Assembly (NCBI GenBank): GCA_965648905.1
Contig: CBFGIT010000016.1
Span: 2,281 to 66,280, forward strand
Origin: a candidate division WOR-3 bacterium
GTDB lineage: Bacteria; Hydrothermota; Tepidihabitantia; Tepidihabitantales; Tepidihabitantaceae
Direction: 5' to 3'
DNA length: 64,000 bases
Below, piece after piece: positions 29,164 through 40,512 of this stretch. The notes beneath the pieces are model-generated. The model saw nothing but the letters and a program-made list of their open reading frames with translations. It was not told the origin of the DNA and searched no databases. The position numbers and the translations under genes were made by a program. Position 1 is the first letter of the stretch; each line of letters opens with the position of its first letter.

Positions 29164-30279
29164 CTAGGCGACGGTCAGCTCACCGGCGATGTCCTGCCGT
29201 ATCAGATTCCGGACATCGTCCGGCCTCAGGCTCTTGTCGCCAAGGAGAACCATGAGTTTGACGAGCGCGGCCTCAGGCGTGATGTCGGCTCCGCTCAGCA
29301 CCCCGGCGTCGAGCAGCCGCGCGCTCGCCTCGTAGCGCTCCAGGTCAACTCGACCGCCCCCGCACTGGGTAACCGCCAGGGCAACGACACCGCGTTTGAC
29401 CGCGGTCTCGATCTCACGCAGGACCGACGGCGTGGCCGGCACCGTACCCGCGCCATACGCCATCAGTACTACTCCTCTTAGATTCCTGTCGCGCAGAATG
29501 TCAGCAAGCAACGAGCTGTGCTGGATACCGGGGAAGAAGCTGATGGCGACGACGTTCGTCTCGAGCTTCGTACGCACGCGCAGAACCGCATCCGCTGCAA
29601 CCGACCGGACCACGCGCCGGTCGACAACGATGCTTTCACCCGCGACTGCCAGCGCCGGGTAGTTCGGCGACTGAAATGCTTCGAAGCCCGAGGCATTCAC
29701 CTTTCGCGCCCGGTTGCCGCGCAGCAGGTGGCGGTTGAAGAACACGCCGACTTCAGGCACGACCGGCAGTCCCGTGTACTTGGGATTGGCCAGCATTAGA
29801 GCGGTCAGGAGGTTCTGGAGCCCGTCATTTCGAACGTTGGTCAGATGCGAACGCAGCGCGCCGGTCAGAATCACCGGCCTGGCCAGGCCATGAAGCATGA
29901 AGCTGAGCGCCGAAGCAGTGTAAACCATCGTGTCGGTGCCGTGAAGTACGACGAACCCGTTGTAGCGAAAGTAGTTCTGCTCGACGACTTGGGCAATCTG
30001 CACCCAGTGTTCTGGCCCAACGTTGCAGGAGTCGAGCGGCTCCAGCGAACAGGCGTCAACATTGAATCCGATGTAGCGGTAGTTGGGCGAGCCGTCGGCC
30101 AGCTTCTCACTCAAGGACGAAGTCCGGCGGCGGAACTCAGGCCAGTCAACGACGACCAGCGGGCTTCCGGGGTCGGTCGGGTCGCGCGGCACCGAGCCGA
30201 TCGTACCTCCGGTGTAGATGACAAGCACACCATGACCCCGGTTGCTCGGGTCGCTGACCGGCCACTGGCTTGAAGTCAT
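29164..30279 (-). CDS. ansA: L-asparaginase type I
   Basis: 'IYTGGTIG', 'LDS', 'HGTDTM', 'LRGNRARK', 'FQSPNYP', 'DITPEAA..KL'. Confidence 0.92.
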   Translation of the reverse strand: MTSSQWPVSDPSNRGHGVLVIYTGGTIGSVPRDPTDPGSPLVVVDWPEFRRRTSSLSEKLADGSPNYRYIGFNVDACSLEPLDSCNVGPEHWVQIAQVVEQNYFRYNGFVVLHGTDTMVYTASALSFMLHGLARPVILTGALRSHLTNVRNDGLQNLLTALMLANPKYTGLPVVPEVGVFFNRHLLRGNRARKVNASGFEAFQSPNYPALAVAGESIVVDRRVVRSVAADAVLRVRTKLETNVVAISFFPGIQHSSLLADILRDRNLRGVVLMAYGAGTVPATPSVLREIETAVKRGVVALAVTQCGGGRVDLERYEASARLLDAGVLSGADITPEAALVKLMVLLGDKSLRPDDVRNLIRQDIAGELTVA

Positions 30280-30286
30280 TCGTGAC

Positions 30287-31936
30287 TCAACGCACCGTCA
30301 CAAGCGGCCTTATCTGCTCGAGCTTCTTCGGCCCAATGCCCTTGACCATCTGCAGGTCATCTATCGACTTGAATCGCCCCTGGGTCGTTCGGAACTCGAC
30401 TATCCGCTGGGCGGTCGTCGGCCCGATTCCGGGCAACGTACAGAGCAACTCGGCATTGGCGGTATTAATATTGACCAGTTCGGAGTTGGTCGCCCGCATA
30501 ATGCCCGGTGTCGCCGGATACAGGCGCACGACTGGCGGTGCGGCAAGCGTCTCCTGCCGGCCGCACCAGTCAAGCCATATCTCGGTCAGGTCCTCGCTGA
30601 GTAGCCGACCCGTCACCCCGGAACGTGTCTGTTCGAGCCAGTGCTCAGTTGTCGCCACGCGATAGGTTCCCTGTCTGCGCACGCGCAGACGCGCCCGTGC
30701 AACCTGGCCGACCGTGGGCCAGGTCGACGTGTCGCCACCGACAAAGTAGTCGGCTCCGGCAATCGCCGGCGCTGGCATCTCTCGGTCCACGCGGTCTGAG
30801 CTGACGACCTTGGCCAGCATCGTATCGTCCATCGGCACGACTCTCACCCGCTCGCGGAACGGCACTGCACCGAACAGCTCGTACCAGGTCAGCGGCCCGG
30901 CTCTCAGTCCGGACTCAACCACCGAGAGCGGCAGGACCGCAATGTCGGCGCCGGTCTTAAGGCGCAACGCCTCAGCAACCAGCAGACACAGACTGAGCCG
31001 GCCCGCGCTGTCCGGCATCATTTCGCGCCGACCAAAGCTCACCGGGCGGCTCCACGCTCGCGGCTCGGTATCCCTGGCCGGTCCGGGCTCAACGTTCAGT
31101 ACCAGGAACTCCGATTGGACGACCTGCCACCCGGTCGAGCCAGCGGGTTCGGGCTGACGGCTCAGCAGCAGGTCAACCACACCGACCCGCTGGCCGTATC
31201 TGCCCGCGCGGTACACCCGACCGTGATGCGGCAACGTATCGCCGTCTCCGGCGCAAACGACCAGGGTCACCTCGGGGAAGCTGTCCGCCAGAATCCGGGC
31301 CTGAGTCGAAGTCAGATGGGCGAGCACGATGAGAACGTCCGGCGAGTCAGCGCGGACCGCGGGCAGATACCGTTCAAGCTGAGCGAGGGGCGGCTCAACC
31401 AGGAACCCACGCACGTCAACTGCCCGGTTCAGCCGGGCGATTTCCGGGTCGGTAATCCCGACGACCGCCACGCGAATACCCTTCACATCCCGGATGACGA
31501 ATGGTCGGAACAGCGGCACGCGCCGCTTCAGGACAACGTCGAGCATCGGGTCGGCCAGCACCGCGAACCCGGCGGCTCGGGCCATCAACTCAACGTTCTC
31601 TGCGCCACCCACAAAATCTCTCGGTCCGAGTACCGCAGCGTCGTACCCGACTCGATTCATCATCTGCACGACTTCCCGACCCTGGAGGCTGTCTGACTCC
31701 GGCGCGCCGAACGCGAAATCACCGGCATCGAGCAGCAGACAGGCATCAGTTCGGAGCGAATCGACCAGCCGGGCGAGATTGCGCCAGCCGCCCAGTTCGC
31801 GCCGGGGCAGGCCGGGCGAGGAGAAGTCGACGGTCGGCTGACTGCGGCCGTGCAGGTCGGCGGCAAACAGTACTCTCACCGCCCGGATATCAGCCGGGCC
31901 GGCCGCGACTGCCACCAGCAGCAGGAAACCAAGCAC
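30287..31936 (-). CDS. Exported 5'-nucleotidase-like metallophosphoesterase fold fused to a C-terminal ComEA helix-hairpin-helix domain
   Basis: 'DLHG', 'LLDAGD', 'GYDA..LG' at the N-terminus; 'VNINTANAELLCTLPGIGPTTAQRIVEFRTTQGRFKSIDDLQMVKGIGPKKLE' at the C-terminus; GTG start 6 nt after the -10 box. Confidence 0.85.
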   Translation of the reverse strand: MLGFLLLVAVAAGPADIRAVRVLFAADLHGRSQPTVDFSSPGLPRRELGGWRNLARLVDSLRTDACLLLDAGDFAFGAPESDSLQGREVVQMMNRVGYDAAVLGPRDFVGGAENVELMARAAGFAVLADPMLDVVLKRRVPLFRPFVIRDVKGIRVAVVGITDPEIARLNRAVDVRGFLVEPPLAQLERYLPAVRADSPDVLIVLAHLTSTQARILADSFPEVTLVVCAGDGDTLPHHGRVYRAGRYGQRVGVVDLLLSRQPEPAGSTGWQVVQSEFLVLNVEPGPARDTEPRAWSRPVSFGRREMMPDSAGRLSLCLLVAEALRLKTGADIAVLPLSVVESGLRAGPLTWYELFGAVPFRERVRVVPMDDTMLAKVVSSDRVDREMPAPAIAGADYFVGGDTSTWPTVGQVARARLRVRRQGTYRVATTEHWLEQTRSGVTGRLLSEDLTEIWLDWCGRQETLAAPPVVRLYPATPGIMRATNSELVNINTANAELLCTLPGIGPTTAQRIVEFRTTQGRFKSIDDLQMVKGIGPKKLEQIRPLVTVR

Positions 31937-31942
31937 GGCGAC

Positions 31943-32001
31943 AATATAGCACCAAACCGGCTCATCGCCAAGCTTGACACCAGCACCAACTATCCTACAA
32001 T
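31943..32001. promoter_or_regulatory. Back-to-back divergent leaderless promoters
   Basis: Plus strand: TTGACA 31974-31979, 16 nt, TACAAT 31996-32001, ATG 32009. Minus strand: TTGGCG-17-TATATT (with TGn extension), GTG 31936. Confidence 0.7.
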
Positions 32002-32008
32002 GGCCGCG

Positions 32009-33196
32009 ATGGACCTCTTTGCCAAGTGCCAGCCGTTCTCGCACTACATCGACCGGGTGAAGAAAGCCGGCAACTACCCTTACTTCATGCCGCTCAACTC
32101 CGAGCCGGACCGCCGGGTGGTCATCAACGGCCGGGAGCTGATCATGCTCGGCTCGAACAACTACCTTGGCCTGACCACCCACCCGGCCATCAAGCATGCG
32201 GCAATTAAGGCAATCAACGACTATGGCACCGGCTGCACCGGCTCACGCTTCCTGAACGGCACGCTCGACCTGCACGTCGAGCTCGAGTCCGAGCTTGCGC
32301 ATTTCTACAAGAAGGACGACTGCATCGTCTTCTCGACCGGGTACCAGACCAATCTCGGTGTGGTCTCGGCTCTGGTGCGCAAAGGCGACGTTGCAGTCTG
32401 CGACAAGCTCGACCACGCCTCAATTGTCGACGGCTGCCAGATGTCGTTCGGCTCGGTCAAACGGTTTCTGCACAACGACCCGGACTCACTGGAACGAACC
32501 CTGGCCGGTCTCCATCACCCGGGCGGCCGGCTGGTGGTCGTCGACGGTGTCTTCTCGATGGAAGGCGACCTGTCACCGCTCGACCACATCGTGCCCATCT
32601 GCCGCCGTCATCACACCCGGCTGATGGTCGACGACGCGCACGCGGTCGGTGTCATGGGCCGGCACGGTCGGGGTACATGCGAGCATTTCGGCGTTGAGGA
32701 TTCGGTCGACCTGATCATGGGCACGTTCTCCAAGTCGTTTGCCACCATCGGCGGCTATGTGGTCGGCTCTCATCACGTCATCAACTACATCCGGCACCAG
32801 GCCCGCTCCCTGATATTCTCCGCGGCAATCCCGCCGACCGCGGCCGCCACGGTTCTCGCCGCGCTCCGCGTCATCAAGACCGAACCCGAACGTCGAGAAC
32901 GACTCTGGAAGACCGCCCACAAAATGCTCGCCGGCCTGCGGAGCATGGGCTACAACATCGGCACGACCGAGACCCCGATCATCCCGATTCACATCGGCCC
33001 GGACATGAAGACCCTGGAGTTCTGGCGCAGTCTGTTCGATGCCGGCATCTATGCCAACCCGGTGCTGCCGCCCGCAGTGCCGCCCAATCGCTCGCTCATT
33101 CGCACGAGCTACATGGCGACTCACACCGAAGAAGACACCGACCGGGCACTCGAAATCTTCGAGCGGGTCGGCAGGAAGACGGGCGTACTCGCTTGA
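32009..33196 (+). CDS. spt: Serine palmitoyltransferase-like PLP alpha-oxoamine synthase
   Basis: 'GSNNYLGL', 'GTGCTGSRFLNGTLDLH', 'DHASI', 'DGVFSMEGD', 'DDAH', 'GTFSKS' (SPT-type PLP-lysine motif). Confidence 0.8.
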   Translation: MDLFAKCQPFSHYIDRVKKAGNYPYFMPLNSEPDRRVVINGRELIMLGSNNYLGLTTHPAIKHAAIKAINDYGTGCTGSRFLNGTLDLHVELESELAHFYKKDDCIVFSTGYQTNLGVVSALVRKGDVAVCDKLDHASIVDGCQMSFGSVKRFLHNDPDSLERTLAGLHHPGGRLVVVDGVFSMEGDLSPLDHIVPICRRHHTRLMVDDAHAVGVMGRHGRGTCEHFGVEDSVDLIMGTFSKSFATIGGYVVGSHHVINYIRHQARSLIFSAAIPPTAAATVLAALRVIKTEPERRERLWKTAHKMLAGLRSMGYNIGTTETPIIPIHIGPDMKTLEFWRSLFDAGIYANPVLPPAVPPNRSLIRTSYMATHTEEDTDRALEIFERVGRKTGVLA

Positions 33197-34326
33197 GCCT
33201 GGTCACCGTCACACCGGTCAAGACCCGCCAGGACCTAGACCGGTTTGTCCGGCTGCCGTTCGAGCTGTACCGGAATGACCCGTATTGGGTACCGCCGCTC
33301 ATCGCCGACGTCAAGCGAACCCTGACCCCGGGTGCCAACCCGTTCTGGAATCACGCCGAGCGCGAGCTGTTCCTGGCCCGCCGCGGGAGCAGCATCGTCG
33401 GCCGGGTCGCAGCCATCACTGACCGGAACTACAATCAGGCTCACGCCAGTTCGGTCGCCTATTTCGGCTTCTTCGAGACTGAACACGCTCCGGACACTGC
33501 TCACGCCCTGCTTGACCAGGTCGTTGCCTGGGCTCGAGACCGCGGGGCCGCGGTTGTCTACGGCCCGGCCAACCCTTCGCTCAACGACGAAGCCGGCATG
33601 CTCGTCGAGCCGTTCGATTCCTCGCCGCTCATCAAGATGGCCTACAACCCGCCCTTCTACCCGACACTGGTCGAGCAGGCCGGATTTGCCAAGGTCAAAG
33701 ACCTGTACGCCTATGTCGTCCCGTCCGACCGTCCTCTGCCCGAGAAGTACGAACGGGTAATCAAGGCACTCAAGAACCGGCCTGGTGTCACGGTCCGATG
33801 TCTGGAACTGAGCAACCTCAAACGCGATCTCGACATCATCAAAGAAGTCTACAACGACGCCTGGTCCGACAACTGGGACTTCTCACCGTTCACAAGCGAG
33901 GACATCGACGACATGGCCCGCCAGCTCAAGCCCCTGATCGAACCGTCACTCTGTCCGTTCGTCTTCTGCCGGGACGAACCCGCGGGTATGAGCGTCGCGC
34001 TACCTGACTACAATCAGGTCCTGAAAAAGCTCGGCGGCCGGCTGCTCCCATTCGGCTGGCTCAAGTTCCTTCTTGAGCGGCGGCGAATCAGCCAGGGACG
34101 GCTCTGGGCGCTGGGGCTGAAGAAGAAGTTCCGGCACCAGGGCTTTGACTCGCTGCTCTACTACGAGACCCTGATTGCCGCGCGCCGGCTCGGATACAAG
34201 CAGGGTGAGGTCTCCTGGATTCTGGAAGACAACGTGGCCATCATCCGGCCGATTCTCGCCCTCGGCGGCCGGCTGTACAAGACCTACCGCGTCTACCAGC
34301 GGCCGGTACTGCCTACCACGGAGTAA
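33193..34326 (+). CDS. GNAT-fold acyltransferase, bacterial ceramide synthase (bCerS)/YghO-like
   Basis: 'FVRLPFELYRNDPYWVPPL', 'VGRVAA', 'FGFFE', 'YNPPFY', 'SWILEDN', 'YKTYRVY'; overlaps the spt stop. Confidence 0.78.
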   Translation: MSLVTVTPVKTRQDLDRFVRLPFELYRNDPYWVPPLIADVKRTLTPGANPFWNHAERELFLARRGSSIVGRVAAITDRNYNQAHASSVAYFGFFETEHAPDTAHALLDQVVAWARDRGAAVVYGPANPSLNDEAGMLVEPFDSSPLIKMAYNPPFYPTLVEQAGFAKVKDLYAYVVPSDRPLPEKYERVIKALKNRPGVTVRCLELSNLKRDLDIIKEVYNDAWSDNWDFSPFTSEDIDDMARQLKPLIEPSLCPFVFCRDEPAGMSVALPDYNQVLKKLGGRLLPFGWLKFLLERRRISQGRLWALGLKKKFRHQGFDSLLYYETLIAARRLGYKQGEVSWILEDNVAIIRPILALGGRLYKTYRVYQRPVLPTTE

Positions 34327-35329
34327 ACGACCTTACCACCGCCTCGACCTGCAGCAGGTGGTCGAGCTTCTTCTTGCCCGGGTTGAACACCAGTCCGTCC
34401 ACCATGTAGAACCGACCCTGATGGTTGAAGGCATAACTTACGAACGGACCGCCGATCGTCTCCCGGTTGTTCTTCCAGACGCCGCGCAGCCTCACTGCCG
34501 GCCCGGCCAGAAACTCGACCGTATCAACCACCATGAACTGACGGTCAATCGAATCACCGCCGTAGAACCGACCGGTCAGCCGGTCGCGCAGCCTGACCAG
34601 TGCCTCAGGCTCGAGCGGCTGAACCGAATCGGTCCAGTGGACGAACACGCTCCGGTCCGGATAATGAACGAACATGTACACAAACCCAGAGTCGGCAAAC
34701 TCCTCCCGCACCTGCCACCGCTTCGGCACCTCCAGGGCGAACGAATATCTCTGGAGCATCGCCTCAGTCACGGCCGGGCTCGTGCCCTCAAAATAAGCGG
34801 CTCGCCGCATCTGCTCAAGCACGAACTCCTCAATCGTCCGCCGAATCCGCCCCGAGTAGGCCCGGAGGCCCGGCACGAGCAGACCGGGCTCACGCGCGGC
34901 AAACACAAGCGCGAACTGCCCCTGCTGCCAGGGATTGGGCACCTTGTACAAGCCGAAGTCACCACCGGCCAGCGAACCGGCCCTTGAACCAAGCACCGAC
35001 CTTATCAGCGTATCTTCAACCGTCCCGACCAGCATCACGATCCGGAAGCGTGAATAGGTGTCGAACCGATCTGCCTTGCCCGCCCGAAGTCGGTACTCCG
35101 GCTCGGGCTGGGGTGTCGGGACCGGACGTTGCAGCATTTCAATCACGGTCGAGTCAACCAGGTCCCAGTACTCGGAGACAACCGTGACCTCGCGCAGCGG
35201 CCCGAGCGTCTTGTTCGGGATTCCGCCGTTGCACGCCAACACGAGCAGCGCGCCCAGCGTCGCCAGTACCGCACCGCCTTCCAGGCCGGCTGCATTCCGA
35301 CTTCTGACTTCCGGACGGCACCCCGCCAT
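34313..35329 (-). CDS. Probable lipoprotein, DUF4837-like
   Basis: Lipobox 'LVLAC'; 'RGVW...GGPFVSY...DGLVFNPGKKK..LLQVEAVVRSF'; start uncertain. Confidence 0.7.
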   Translation of the reverse strand: MAGCRPEVRSRNAAGLEGGAVLATLGALLVLACNGGIPNKTLGPLREVTVVSEYWDLVDSTVIEMLQRPVPTPQPEPEYRLRAGKADRFDTYSRFRIVMLVGTVEDTLIRSVLGSRAGSLAGGDFGLYKVPNPWQQGQFALVFAAREPGLLVPGLRAYSGRIRRTIEEFVLEQMRRAAYFEGTSPAVTEAMLQRYSFALEVPKRWQVREEFADSGFVYMFVHYPDRSVFVHWTDSVQPLEPEALVRLRDRLTGRFYGGDSIDRQFMVVDTVEFLAGPAVRLRGVWKNNRETIGGPFVSYAFNHQGRFYMVDGLVFNPGKKKLDHLLQVEAVVRSFTPW

Positions 35330-39436
<4,107 letters not shown>

Positions 39437-39476
39437 CCATCTCCCGCCCGCCCCTTGCCAGCCGCTCCCCGCGGTC

Positions 39477-39575
39477 CTGCACTCTGCCCTCCGACTTCTC
39501 TCCGCTCCTGGTCACTGTCGCCTGGTCCCTGGTCATCCCCTGACTTCGCATTCTGCACTCTGCATGCTGCCCTGG
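39477..39575 (+). repeat. Degenerate heptamer tandem repeats (CTGCACT/CTGCCCT and CCTGGTC types)
   Basis: 'ctgcact ctgccct', 'cctggtc...cctggtc cctggtc', 'cattctg cactctg catgctg'. Confidence 0.5.
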
Positions 39576-40146
39576 TGCGAGCTCAGTGCAATGGTAGCCG
39601 GTCTTAATCAGGACATAGGCAACGCCGCAAGTGAACGGAGTCTGCTCGATGTCCTGGGCTGCGGCCGGAGTCAGTCATCGGCACACGGGCCTCATCCTGA
39701 TTGCCCGCGAGCCTGACGTGAACGCAAACGAAGCCTGCCGCCGCGTATGCTTCTGTAGCCTCGTCTCAGGTGAGTGAGATTGTCTGGGACGACGACGGTT
39801 ACGCACCTCGGCCGGCAGCGCCGGCTTGCCAGCCACCCCGCCCGGCTGCAACCCATCCCATGACAACGAAGCATCTGCCATTTCCTGCTCCCGCCCCCCC
39901 GGCCGTATCCGACCTGATGAGCATCCGCGGATTGGCTCGAGCACGCAGGGTTCGTCTTCCGCAAAGTCACGGCCAGCCCCCCACCAGCGAGTCTCCGCAC
40001 CGGTGCTCTGTTCCACAACTGCGGCCGGGCTGAGGGGCGTTGCGGTGGGTTGGGCAAGGGGAGGCGCGGGCGGATGGGCAGAGGGGTCGGCACCGGTCTG
40101 GGTCTGGGTTGGGGACCCGCGAACGCATGGGGCCTGGGCGCGGGCC

Positions 40147-40247
40147 GCCGAACCCCCCGGGGCGGCGACAGGCGCAGGGGTTGCCGAAAGGATTGGGGCA
40201 GGGGAAGGCGTAGCCGCTTCGCCGGGGCTAGCCCAGGGGGGTTCGGC
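40147..40247. repeat. 17-bp inverted repeat (16/17 match) inside a G-rich hairpin-rich element
   Basis: gccgaaccccccggggc (40147-40163) vs gcccaggggggttcggc (40231-40247). Confidence 0.75.
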
Positions 40248-40512
40248 CGTCGCCGGAGCAGGGGGGTCGGAAAGGGGAACCGTCCCCCTTACCAGCCAGG
40301 GGATGGAGGACATGGGTCTGACTACCACAAGCATTACTCAAGCACGACAACCAGCGTGGGACCATCCAACCCGCGGTCTGACGCCAGTCACGCTCGCCGC
40401 TCACACGCGCCCTTACATCTCAGAACAGCCAAATGGTTTTCCGCTCTGTGCCGTCTGCGAACCCTCTGGCCCGGCTGCCGGCATCCGCTGAGCGACGCGC
40501 AAGCCGGAACCG

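Noticed and set aside
32009-33196. BioF or Kbl annotation
   Set aside because: GTFSKS and GSRFLNGT motifs, the coupled GNAT gene and the absence of bio/tdh genes favour SPT.
40005-40025. Possible DnaA box/oriC (tgttccaca)
   Set aside because: Single mismatched box, no AT-rich unwinding element, no dnaA nearby.
39675-40334. 219-aa Pro/Ala-rich ORF and overlapping Gly/Ala-rich ORFs
   Set aside because: Composition is explained by G/C tracts and hairpins; no SD or domain. Not called as CDS, though not formally excluded.
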